Shown here: positions 1 through 10,482 of the stretch, in pieces
Layout: each line of letters starts with the position of its first letter
How positions within the stretch are numbered: position 1 is the first letter of the stretch
Source of the DNA: Scyliorhinus canicula
Taxonomy: Eukaryota
DNA length: 64,000 nucleotides
Assembly: GCF_902713615.1 (NCBI RefSeq)
Contig: NC_052162.1
Location: forward strand, 130,472,653-130,536,652
Direction: 5' to 3'
Program-made: the position numbers and the translations under genes
The notes under the pieces: model-generated
Told to the model about the DNA's origin: nothing
Seen by the model: the letters and a program-made list of their open reading frames with translations, nothing else
Databases searched by the model: none

Positions 1-282
1 CTATGGCGGGGTTGTGCCACTGGCATGAACTGTCGGAATGTTCCAGCTACTGTGTCTGACAATTATTGACCTGTCTTTGTCAGCAAGGTGAATTCTTCCT
101 GCAGACCTCAAAGTTAAATGTTTGGTTTTTGAAGCTAAATGTTAATTAATTTAAATATCAATTCAATAACATCCCAACTGGTCTCCATTACCATGGGGAC
201 AAGTGATACAGGCTGGAGCTTTGGTTAAAATTCTGGGTGTTTCTCACGGGAAGCAGGCAATCTGCAATTTGTTTGGAAGCTG

Positions 283-2361
283 CCAGCTGTGGGAGCAGGA
301 GCTGTGAACCGGCTGTGGGAGCAGGAGCTGGGAACCAGCTGTGGGAGCAGGAGCTGTGAACCGGCTGTGGGAGCAGGAGCTGTGAACCAGCTGTGGGAGC
401 AGGAGCTGGGAACCAGCTGTGGGAGCAGGAGCTGTGAACCAGCTGTGGGAGCAGGAGCTGGGAACCAGCTGTGGGAGCAGGAGCTGTGAACCAGCTGTGG
501 GAGCAGGAGCTGGGAACCGGCTGTGGGGGCAGGAGCTGGGAACCAGCTGTGGGGGCAGGAGCTGTGAACCGGCTGTGGGACCCGGAGCTGTGAATCAGCT
601 GTGGGACCCGGAGCTGTGAACCGGCTGTGGGAGCAGGAGCTGTGAACCAGCTGTGGGACCCGGAGCTGTGAATCAGCTGTGGGAGCAGGAGCTGTGGGAC
701 CAGCTATGGGACCCAGGAGCTGTGAACCAGCTGAGGGACCCGGAGCTGTGAACCAGCTGTGGGACCCGGAGCTGTGAATCAGCTGTGGGAGCAGGAGCTG
801 TGAATCAGCTGTGGGAGCAGGAGCTGGGAACCAGCTGTGGGAGCAGGAGCTGGGAACCAGCTGTGGGAGCAGGAGCTGTGAACCGGCTGTGGGAGCAGGA
901 GCTGTGGGACCAGCCGTGAGACCAGGAGCTGTGAACCGGCTGTGGGAGCAGGAGCTGTGAGCCAGCTGTGGGAGCAGCAGTTGTGGGAGTAGGAGCTGGG
1001 AACCGGCTGTGGGAGCAGGAGCTGGGAACCGGCTGTGGGACCCAGGAGCTGTGAACCAGCTGTGGGACCCGGAGCTGTGAAACCAGCTGTGGGAGCAGGA
1101 GCTGTGGAACCAGCTGTGGGACCCAGGAGCTGTGGAACCAGCTGTGGGACCCAGGAGCTGGGAACCGGCTGTGGGAGCAGGAGCTGTGAACCGGCTGTGG
1201 GAGCAGGAGCTGTGAACCGGCTGTGGGAGCAGGAGCTGTGAACCAGCTGTGGGAGCAGGAGCTGTGAGCCAGCTGTGGGAGCAGGAGCTGGGAACCAGCT
1301 GTGGGAGCAGGAGCTGTGAACCAGCTGTGGGAGCAGGAGCTGGGAACCAGCTGTGGGAGCAGGACCTGTGAGCCAGCTGTGGGACCCAGGAGCTGTGACC
1401 CAGCTGTGGGAGCAGGAGCTGTGAACCAACTGTGGGAGCAGGAGCTGTGAAGCAGCTGTGGGACCCGGAGCTGTGAAGCAGCTGTGGGAACAGGAACTGT
1501 GAACCAGCTGTAAAAGCAGGAGCTGTGAACCAGCTGTGGGACCAGGAGCTGTGAACCAGCTGTGGGAGCAGGAGCTGTGAACCAGCTGTGGGAGCAGGAG
1601 CTGGGAACCAGCTGTGGGACCAGGGGCTGTGAATCAGCTGTGGGACCCAGGAGCTGTGAATCAGCTGTGGGAGCAGGAGCTGTGAACCAGCTGTGGGACC
1701 AGGAGCTGTGAAACCAGTTGTGGGACCCGGAGCTGTGAACCGGCTGTGGGAGCAGGAACTGTGAACCAGCTGTGGGAGCAGGAGCTGTGAGCCAGCTGTG
1801 GGAGCAGGAGCTGTGAGCCAGCTGTGGGAGCAGGAGCTGTGAGCCAGCTGTGGGAGCAGGAGCTGTGAACCGGCTGTGGGAGCAGGAACTGTGAGCCAGC
1901 TGTGGGAGCAGGAGCTGTGAACCGGCTGTGGGAGCAGGAACTGTGAGCCAGCTGTGGGAGCAGGAGCTGCGAACCGGCTGTGGGAGCAGGAGCTGTGAAC
2001 CGGCTGTGGGAGCAGGAGCTGTGAACCAGCTGTGGGAGCAGGAGCTGGGAACCAGCTGTGGGAGCAGGAGCTGTGAGCCAGCTGTGGGAGCAGGAGCTGT
2101 GAGCCAGCTGTGGGAGCAGGAGCTGTGAACCGGCTGTGGGAGCAGGAGCTGTGAACCAGCTGTGGGAGCAGGAGCTGTGGGACCAGCTGTGGGAGCAGGA
2201 GCTGTGAACCAGATGTGGGAGCAGGAGCTGTGGGACCAGCTGTGGGACCCGGAGCTGTGAACCAGCTGTGGGACCCGGAGCTGTGAACCGGCTGTGGGAC
2301 CCAGGAGCTGTGAACCGGCTGTGGGATCAGGAGCTGTGAACCGGCTGTGGGACTAGAAGCT
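283..2361. repeat. Minisatellite, ~26-bp unit CCAGCTGTGGGAGCAGGAGCTGTGAA (~80 copies, with GGGACCC(A/C)GGAG variants)
   Basis: Tandem array is directly visible; ORFs 289-2128 are translations of it. Confidence 0.97.
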
Positions 2362-2659
2362 CAGAGGGCCATGAGGAACCAGGAGTATTCCTAATATTTA
2401 CATCCCTCAGCAAGAAGGTACTGCAGCTCACGTTTGAACCGAGGGGCCCATAGTTTGGAGGTCTTAAAGGTGGAGGGTTGTATAACCGAAAACCAATGAA
2501 GGACCCCTGTGAAAGCTTGGAGAATAGCTGGAATACTGAGGAGAATTAAAGTGAATTCTGGAGAGCTTTGGCATACCTTTGGAACAGAAGCGAATTAACC
2601 TTCAAATATTGTTAAGTATGAGGGAACTCTTTGGCTTGGAAGGGTGGCGGTTAAAGTGT

Positions 2660-2760
2660 AGAAACAGAAACCGAAAATACTGAAAAAGCACAGCATGTCC
2701 AGCAGCACCAGTGAGAGAGAAAACTCTGTGTGACTCTTCTTCAGAGGTAAAGAGAGGACT
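2660..2760 (+). mobile_element. Degenerate Penelope-type short repeat fragment
   Basis: AAACAGAAACCGAAAATACTGAAAAAGCACAGCATGTCCAGCAGCACC...GACTCTTCTTCAG resembles a shark Penelope-associated terminal repeat, recognised from memory; a similar reverse copy lies at ~30330-30440. Confidence 0.4.
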
Positions 2761-3439
2761 GGAGAAGTGGAATTAGGTTTAAATCTTCACAATAAAGTTC
2801 ATAGTTCTGATTTGTAATATTTATTTTGTTTTATACGTACAATAAAGTTTGTTTTTGTCGAAAAATGTGGAATTTTGTGGCGTAATTATTTTAGTTAATC
2901 ACTGGGTGTTCAAATTTATCTTTAAACATTAATGGACCCAACTGATAGCATTGCAATACTCACAAACAATATTTCAAAACAAATCAAAGAAGAAAAACAT
3001 GATTCTCCTTATTTTGTACAAAGCTTTACTTTATAAGGCCCCCACCTTCTAAAGTCCTGAATAATTTGTTGGTATGAGCAATTGTTTTAGAGAAACAATC
3101 CGATAATTGATGATTAAACAGAGAACTAATTGTCGTCCCTTCTAAACCAGGGGGCTATCGTCCAGCACAGAGGGTCATTTGGGGATTTCTCCCACAGACC
3201 AATTGATAGGGATTATACCATCCCACCCATCTGAAGTAAATTCTCCACATAAATCATCCCAGCCAGTGCAGTTTTCAACTTGCAGCTTGGCTGATCAGCT
3301 CAGGTTTTCTGCATCATTTCATCGATCACCGTGTGATTCCTTTCACAGAGTCCGTTGCTGAAAGGACTTTCAGCTGCGGTGTTCATGACCATAGTCTCGA
3401 ACTCGTCATTAGTAAATATCCTGCATTATATTAGATTAA

Positions 3440-3761
3440 GGGCAGCACGGTAGCACAGTGGATAGCACTGTTGCTTCACAGCACCAGGATCCCAGGTTCG
3501 ATTCCCGGCTTGGGTCACTGTCTGCGCGGAGTCTGCACGTTCTCCCCGTGTGTGCGTGGGTTTGCTCCGATTTCTTCACAGTTCATAGATGTGCAGGTTA
3601 GGTGGATTGGCCATGATTGCCTTTAGTGTCCAAAGAGGTTAGGTGGAGTTACTGGGTTATGGGGATAGGGTGGAAGCACGGGTTTAAGTCGGGTGCTCTT
3701 CCTAAGAGCCGGTGCAGACTCGATGGGCCAAATGGCCTCCTTCTGCACTATAAATTCTATG
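3440..3761 (+). mobile_element. HE1/V-SINE, long form
   Basis: tRNA-derived head with A/B boxes (GGTTCGATTCC), V-domain, tail GGCCTCCTTCTGCACTATAAATTCTATG. Confidence 0.9.
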
Positions 3762-4127
3762 ATTATCAGTCATAAACTTAGCTGGTGCCCCAGATCCAGT
3801 CCCTATCCATTTGTCCATGACTTGGTCTAGAATCACCCTTTTGTCCTTGCCGTTTATTATTGGAGAAAGACTAAATGGGGTCACCATGTCTGTAAAGTGC
3901 CGAATGGAAATATTTCTGTCTTTATCTCACATCTTTAGATCCATGACAACGGCCTCGCTAAAGTCACGGAGCAAGGGGTGGTTTACAATGGACAGCGTCC
4001 TGCAATACTTTTTTAAAAACAAATTTTAGGCTTTGCACTGAACTCTTCCAAGAGCATTATATACTTTTCATCAACCAGCGCTACATTTTGCAGCAGGATT
4101 TTTAATCCTTGTCAAGAAGGATGAGCA

Positions 4128-4353
4128 GGCGGCACGGTGGCACAGTGGTTAGCATTGCTGCCTACGGCGCTGAGGACCCGGGTTCGAATCCCGGCCCTGG
4201 GCCACTGTCCGTGAGGAGTTTGCACATTCTCCCCGTGTCTGTGTGGGTTTCACCCCCACAACCCAAAGATGTGCAGGGTAGGTGGATTGGCCACGCTAAA
4301 TTGCCCCTTAATTGGAAAAAATAATTGGCAACTCTAAATTTTAAAAAATAAAA
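4128..4353 (+). mobile_element. V-SINE, short form
   Basis: tRNA head and AATTGGAAAAAATAATTGG tail; TSD AGAAGG(A/G)TGAGCA on both sides. Confidence 0.9.
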
Positions 4354-4472
4354 AGAAGGGTGAGCAAATTGCCTGTTTGGCTTGAAGACAATTTGCTTTT
4401 TTTCTGTATTTTATCAGCTGATGCCATTAATCCTACTCAAACTACCTGATCTGAAGTATCAGGTATTGGTAA

Positions 4473-5044
4473 TGTTAAGGTACCAGACCAGACCCCAATT
4501 TATATTCGGAAAGCAGATGAGAGGAAAGGATACTTCGCTACAGAAGTGATTCCGCTGAAAAACAGGGATCTTTTATATTGAAACAAACTTTATTATGAAC
4601 ACAGGATTAAACACATTAAAGGAAAATAGCTTTATAATTAACAGCGAAACAGTTCCTAAAATAAAAGGAAACACTTCAATTACTATCTTATACCTTCACT
4701 ATCTCCAATCAAACAAAGCTCATTGTCGGTCAAAAGCCACTTGTAAATAAAGTTAGCAAACATAAGAATACTTGCTGTATTATTGTGTCGAGATTTCCTT
4801 TCAGAAAAGGAGAGAGAGCGACCCTTAAATGCACAACCTGGAAATCGTCTCTTTTCCAAACTAAAAAATCCTACGGCCAAACTGCTTGCTACAGACCTGG
4901 CTCCTTCCAATAATTAAAAATCTCTATCCCACTCAGATCCCATGACCTGATTACCTAAATCTAAACACACTCCCTTTAATTATCTACACCCCAGGGAACA
5001 TTCTTTCTAAAAACAAAATTCCATTAAACCCATATAGGTGAACA
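4473..5044 (-). mobile_element. Partial solo LTR (family A)
   Basis: Ends ...TAACA on the minus strand and has AATAAA; shares the GG(G/T)TTAATGGAA motif with the LTRs at 10483 and 37753. Confidence 0.55.
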
Positions 5045-5107
5045 TGTCCGTGGTTGGAATGTCATTTTGAGTCAGAACTGAAACTCCTGTCAATCCTTTC
5101 TAAGGTT

Positions 5108-5330
5108 TGGGCAGCACGGTGGCGCAGTGGGTTAGCACTGCAGTCTCACGGCGCCGAGGTCCCAGGTTCGACCCGGCTCTGGGTCACTGTCCGTGAGGAG
5201 TTTGCACATTCTCCCCGTGTTTGCTTGGGTTTCGCCCCCATAACCCAAAGATGTGCAGGGTAGGTGGATTGGCCACGCTAAATTGCCCCTTAATTGGAAA
5301 AATGAATTGGCTACTCTAAAATGTTTTTTA
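5108..5330 (+). mobile_element. V-SINE, short form
   Basis: Near-consensus copy. Confidence 0.9.
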
Positions 5331-5979
5331 AAAATCCTTCCTGAGGTTCATTTGTCTATTAGTTCTGTTCCAATCTTGTCTTTTGTTGTAATATCCAGAT
5401 CAGCTAAAGCTGCTTTCACCCTCATTCAGAACCTGACAAAGTCTGACCAGGCTTCATTGGCATCCAATAGATTACCTTGCGAGTAGATCTCATCATTGAA
5501 CCCCAATTAAAGATCCAAACTTTCATCAGTATCCAACTGACAGACATTCAGCTCCTTCTGATTTTCCTTTTGTTAGGAAGTGACAATGCCGAGGCCCAAC
5601 CTGTTTCCTCTTTGGTGGGGACCTAACGTGTGTCAACATCTCCACTTCATTCTTCCACTGGTCGTATGGCTCAGACTCCGAGAACATCAGCGGGAAATCA
5701 GACCCTGATCATTTCCACTCACTTTCAGCCATTTCTTCCAAAAGCTGCTGAGATTGTTAAGCTTCTGTCTGCAATTTTATTTTAGTTTCCAAACTTCACC
5801 ATTGGACAAGCATTCTCTGTTACCATGTTATAGTCAATCTTTATTTGGTCTAGATTTATTCACAGAAACAAACATTACAGGTATAACCTCCGACTCCAAG
5901 TTATATTAGTAAATCTCTCTTGTAAAGGTGCTTCTGATAACCATCTAATCAATACACTCCCATCTGTATATATTTGGCC

Positions 5980-7011
5980 TCAATTGACACAATTAGAAGC
6001 CACAGTCAGAGCATCTAAAAGGTGAACATCTAAATCAGTGTGACTGCCATGATGTCTCAGCAGCTTGGATGAACAAGTGAACCCCTTCCCACACACAGAG
6101 CAGGTGAACGGCCTCTCCCCATTGTGAATCCGCTGGTGTGTCAGCAGGTGGGATGACTGAGTGAATCCCTTCCCACACACGGAGCAGGGAAATGGCTTCT
6201 CCCCAGTGTGAATTCGCTGATGTCTCAGTAGGTCGGATGATGTTCTGAACCTCTTTGTACAGTGAGAGCAGCTGAACGGTCTCTCCTCGGTGTGAATGCG
6301 CTGGTGGACCATCAGGTAGGCAGAGGTTTTAAAGCAACTCCCACAGTCTGAGCATTTCACAAGTTTCTCATTGGTGTGGGTGCCTTGGTGTCCGAGCAGA
6401 CTGGATGACTGAGTGAATCCCTTCCCGCACACAGAGCAGGTGAACGGTCTCTCCCCAGTGTGAATGCGTTGGTGTCTCAGCAGGCTGGATAACTGAGTGA
6501 ATCCCCTCCCACACTCAGAGCAGGTGAATGGCCTCTCTCCAGTATGAACGTGTTGGTGTGTCAGCAGGAGGGATGAGTGAGTAAATCCCTTCCCACACTC
6601 GGAGCAGGTGACCAACCCCTCACCCGTGTGAAATCGCTGGTGATTCTGCAGTGCAGATGAGCGAGTGAATCCTTTTCCACACATGGGACAGGTGAATGGT
6701 CTCTCCCCATTGTGAACACGCTGGTGCATCAGCAGCGCAGATGAATCACTGAATCTCTTTCCACACTCCGAGCATGTGAACGCTCTCTCCCCGATGTGAA
6801 TTCGCTGGTGATTCCGCAGGGTGGATGAATCACTGAATCCCCTTGAACACTCAGAGCAAGTGAATGGCCTCTCCCCGGTGTGGCTGCGTCGATGGGTTTC
6901 CAGCTTTGAGGGACAACTGAATCCTTTCCCACACTCCCCACATTTCCACGGTTTCTCCCTGGTGCGAGTGTCTTTGTGCAGCTCCAGGTTCAGTTGAAGA
7001 ACTGTCCTCAT
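5980..7011 (-). CDS. Tandem C2H2 zinc-finger protein ZNF-A, 11 fingers, no KRAB/SCAN/BTB domain visible
   Basis: 11 CxxC...HxxxH fingers with TGERPF-type linkers. First in-frame ATG is 7011 (the track ORF starts at a GTG at 7092). Acceptor TTTCACAG|G with exon start 7342; candidate upstream donor GTGAGT at 8373. The C-terminal ~16 aa and stop come from an LTR. Confidence 0.85.
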   Translation of the reverse strand: MRTVLQLNLELHKDTRTREKPWKCGECGKGFSCPSKLETHRRSHTGERPFTCSECSRGFSDSSTLRNHQRIHIGERAFTCSECGKRFSDSSALLMHQRVHNGERPFTCPMCGKGFTRSSALQNHQRFHTGEGLVTCSECGKGFTHSSLLLTHQHVHTGERPFTCSECGRGFTQLSSLLRHQRIHTGERPFTCSVCGKGFTQSSSLLGHQGTHTNEKLVKCSDCGSCFKTSAYLMVHQRIHTEERPFSCSHCTKRFRTSSDLLRHQRIHTGEKPFPCSVCGKGFTQSSHLLTHQRIHNGERPFTCSVCGKGFTCSSKLLRHHGSHTDLDVHLLDALTVASNCVN

Positions 7012-7116
7012 AGAGAACACGTGTACAGTCTCTCCCCGCGGTGAACCTTTCAATCTTTTCCAGGCTGTGTAACTGGTTAAAGCTCCTTGCACAGTCAGTT
7101 CACTAGACCATTCTCA

Positions 7117-7119
<3 letters not shown>

Positions 7120-7155
<36 letters not shown>
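7120..7155. repeat. (TG)n microsatellite in the ZNF-A 5' leader
   Basis: Directly visible. Confidence 0.95.
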
Positions 7156-7158
<3 letters not shown>

Positions 7159-8439
7159 CGCTCGTCCAGGTGATTTTCCAGTACCACTGGTGTTTAAACA
7201 ATTTGAAGGGACAGACCAAACATTTCCTATTCTAGTTTCAAATGTCGATGATATTCGGGTCCCGAATAATCTAGTGACTCTGTCAGATCTTCACGTGATG
7301 TTCATTGAGATTTGAGTCTGTGAATCCTCCCCTTCTGATACCCTGTGAAAGCAGTTCATAAAAGTAATTGCTGTCAGCACTGGATAGAAATTCAGAATAG
7401 ATAATTCTAGTTTCCGTGGAACAGTCTTGCCCCGCTCATTCCCCAAAATGTATCAATCTTCATCCACACACTCTTCCCTCCATTCTCACTCTCCTGGACC
7501 TAAAATCCTCTACCAATTCTCGAGGAATTCATTCATGCTGATGAACAGATCCATGCTCACTGCTTCACATCCAGGACACAGATCTGAAAATCTTCTGCAG
7601 GCTGCTGGCCTATATATATATATATATATAGTGCACATAAATTTCTGTAATTTACAGAACGCTATTACTTGATTAGAGATACAGGCTGGATGACGGAGAA
7701 CGTTTTTTGGGGAAACGAGCGATCAAGATCTGGAACTCAGTGACTTACGAAGATGATCAAAGCGGAGACGCTCAATTTTAAAACAAAATTTGGATGGACA
7801 AATGAAGGAATGGGGGTATATTGGGGAAATGACACTGACTGGATTATCTGTTAAGAGTGTTGGCATGGATTCAAGTTGCTGAAGGATCTCCTTTTCTGCT
7901 TTGATGACTCTTTGACTGGAAATATATAATGTAGCTGCAATACTATGTTACAAGTTTGGAATAATAAATTAACTTTAATACATAACAATAAATAAGATAC
8001 TAAATATGCACCTTATATCAAATATGCACCATGTAACAACACCAGACATATTAAGGTTGTTACGATGCTCGTGGTGACCTCATACTAAACAAATTCCCAG
8101 AAAGCCCAATGGAACACACTGAAGGACAACGTTTCACATTTAAAAAACTTCTACTGTGACAATCAACTAAAGTCGACATAAATGAATCATTGCATTGAGA
8201 GAAACAGTATTTGAATAAACAGGATAAATTGGTCTTTAACTATCTCAGACAATAAAAACAGGTTCCACAAAATCACAGCATTTTGCCCCTCAGCAAATTT
8301 GTCTTTAGTTCCAATTCCAGAGTTCCACAACTCTCTGTATTTTCCAGGGGGAGAAAGAAAGTGTTTTACTCACAGATGTTGGACAGAGGAGGAAGTTTCA
8401 GTCTGTATGTGAAACTATAAACAGATGCTGTGCTGTTTA

Positions 8440-8860
8440 AAGTCAGACTGCGGGGCTGGGAGGAAAATGACGTGAAGACATTTTGCAAAGTCCCCTCCCC
8501 CACTCAGCTGGCAGCCCAGCGCGCAGGCGCAGAGAGCGCTGCTGAGCCGAGCTGTCCGGGGCAGGCGCAGTGCGACTGCCTCCAGCGGTCGCTCTCAATC
8601 TCTTTTTGGACCAACCAGCCGCGGTAGTGAGAGAGGTGGGGGGAGGGGGAGTTGAGCGGCTTCTCGTCAGGCCGGTTGCCTGGAAACCTTGTCTCCCCTC
8701 CAGGAGGTTTTGGGGGAGGGGGAAGAAAGGGTGGGGGCGGGGCTCCCGTTTTTGCGCGCGCTGCACCTGCGCACTGGAACCCGGAGACGTCACCACGGAG
8801 CAGTGATTCCTATTGGCCAATTCAGAGCAGAGATCCATTGTGACGTCATGTCTGAGGTTG
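8440..8860. promoter_or_regulatory. GC/CpG-rich bidirectional promoter 1
   Basis: NRF1-like GCGCAGGCGCA 8521-8531, GC box GGGGCGGGG, palindromic ATTGGCCAAT 8812-8821, CRE TGACGTCA 8841-8848. Lies between ZNF-A (-) and the ZNF exon remnant at 10101 (+). Confidence 0.75.
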
Positions 8861-9077
8861 GACAATGAAGGTTCTTTCATTGAGCAACATCTGGGAGGAG
8901 ATCAATAAAAAATAGCAACAGAAGGAGGCTCTTTGGCCCTGCTCTGCCATCCCCCCGCTGTTACCAGACTCCGAAACCATCCTCTTATGGACTGACCTGA
9001 TTAAAACTATGTTCCTGTTTGCTTCACCCTATGCCTGTGTCTATGTTTTTACATTGTATACCTTGTGTTGCCCTAGT

Positions 9078-9340
9078 GGCAGCACAGTGGGTAGCATTGT
9101 TGTTTCACTGCTTGGGTGCGGAGTCTGCACGTTGTCCCCGTGTCTGCGTGGGTTTCCTCCGGCTGCTCCAGTTTCCTCCCACAAATCCCGAAAGACGTGC
9201 TGTTAGATTAATTGGACGTTCTGAATTCTCCCTCCGTGTACCCAAATAGGCGCCGGAGTGTGGCGACTGGGGGTTTTTCACAGTAACTTCATTGCAGTGT
9301 TAATGTAAGCCTGCTTCTGACAAAAGTAAATATTATTATA
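9078..9340 (+). mobile_element. V-SINE with alternative tail (type c)
   Basis: V-domain followed by CCCGAAAGACGTGCTG...GGCGCCGGAGTGTGGCGACT...CACAGTAACTTCATTGCAG. Confidence 0.85.
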
Positions 9341-9852
9341 TTATGTTATACAGTAAATGTTAGATATTTGTGGTTCTCTAATGAAGCATATTTATTATTA
9401 TTTCTAGTTTTGTTAAACAGTGCTGTGTATGTGTACAGTTATTGAGTCATTCCAGCAACTGGAGTCCATGCTGACTCTTTGTAGAACGATCCAGTTCATC
9501 ACATTCCCCCTCCATATACCCATGCAAGTTTATTTCCTTCAAGTTCCCATACAATTACATTTTCCGCTTCCACCATCCTCATAGACAGAGAATTAATGAT
9601 CATATATGATATATACAGTGGCACCCTGACTAAGGAGTTTCAGGTCTCTGTGTCCGGAACGTGCAGCAGTGACTAGTGGTCTTTCAATCAACATGAGTTG
9701 CTCCTTAATGCAGTTCAATATTAGTTAAAGTGGAGTGATATGGAGACTGTGTGTGTCCGGGAGGTCTTTTGGTGAACAAGAAAGAAAAGTCTGATCCATA
9801 GAAACTAGAATTGTCTGTTCTGTATTTCTATCTTGTACTTTTAGAAAACTCT

Positions 9853-10082
9853 TTTTTTAAAAATAAATTTACAGTACCCAATTCATTTTTTCCAAATAAG
9901 GGGCAATTTAGCGTGGCCAATCCACCTACCCTGCACATCTTTGGGTTGTGGGGGCGAAACCCACGCAAACACGGGGAGAATGTGCAAACTCCACACGGAC
10001 AGTGACCCAGAGCCGGGATCGAACCTGGGACCTCGGCGCCGTGAGGCTACAGGGCTAACCCACTGAGCCACCATGCTGCCCT
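9853..10082 (-). mobile_element. V-SINE short form inserted in a polypyrimidine tract
   Basis: TSD TAGAAAACTCTTTTT at 9842 and 10083. Confidence 0.9.
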
Positions 10083-10100
10083 AGAAAACTCTTTTTGCAG

Positions 10101-10180
10101 GATTTTAGAAAGGGAGGATTTGCAGCCGGAATTGTCACACCAAAGGTCATGTTGACATCAGACAATCACGCGATTCATTA
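10101..10180 (+). pseudogene. Remnant start of a ZNF coding exon (partner of ZNF-A); finger array not found
   Basis: TTTTTGCAG|GATTTTAGAAAGGGAGGATTTGCAG matches the exon start of the other ZNF genes. The upstream intron motif TCCATAGAAACTAGAATTGTCTGTTCTG is shared with ZNF-A and ZNF-E. Confidence 0.7.
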
Positions 10181-10185
10181 TCATA

Positions 10186-10476
10186 TCATAGAATTTACAG
10201 TGCAGAAGGAGGCCATTCGGCCCATCTAGTCTGCACCGGCTCCTGAAAAGAGCACCCTACCCAAGGTCCACACCTCCACCCCATCCCCATAACCCAGTAA
10301 CCCCACCCAACACTAAGGGCAATTTTAGACACTAAGGGCAATTTATCATGGCCAATCCACCTAACCTGCACATCTTTGGACTGTGGGAGGAAACCGGAGC
10401 ACCCGGAGGAAACCCACGGACACACGGGGAGGATGTGCAAACTCCGCACAGACAGTGACCCAAGCCGGGAATCGAA
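10186..10476 (-). mobile_element. HE1 SINE, long form (5'-truncated)
   Basis: Reverse V-domain and tail. Confidence 0.88.
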
Positions 10477-10482
10477 ACAACC

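Larger units (their letters stand above)
3150..6028 (-). mobile_element. Degenerate Ty1/Copia (GalEa-like) LTR retrotransposon: 5' LTR, PBS, gag and integrase remnants
   Basis: LTR 5826-6028 (TGTT...AACA, AATAAA) is followed by PBS TGGTAACAGAG (5825-5815). Gag-like 'MFSESEPYDQWKNEVEML' lies at ~5700-5630. Integrase 'RQFAHPS', 'VVMDLK', 'WIGTGSGAPAKFMTDN' and 'NTAAESPFSNGLCERNH' lie at 4400-3300. Stops, frameshifts, SINE and LTR insertions are present. Confidence 0.8.

Noticed and set aside
289-2128. ORFs in the minisatellite; CRISPR-like or immunoglobulin-switch-like appearance
   Set aside because: Pure tandem repeat without unique spacers or cas genes, in a eukaryotic context. It is AGCT-rich, but no immunoglobulin exons lie in the window. 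The ORFs use non-ATG starts.
3440-3520. tRNA-like sequences with A/B boxes (many copies)
   Set aside because: They are SINE heads that continue into the V-domain; not tRNA genes.
8430-8880. ORFs of up to 145 aa in the GC-rich region (also 29335-30069, 244 aa)
   Set aside because: Low stop frequency in GC-rich promoter and VNTR sequence; no recognisable domain.
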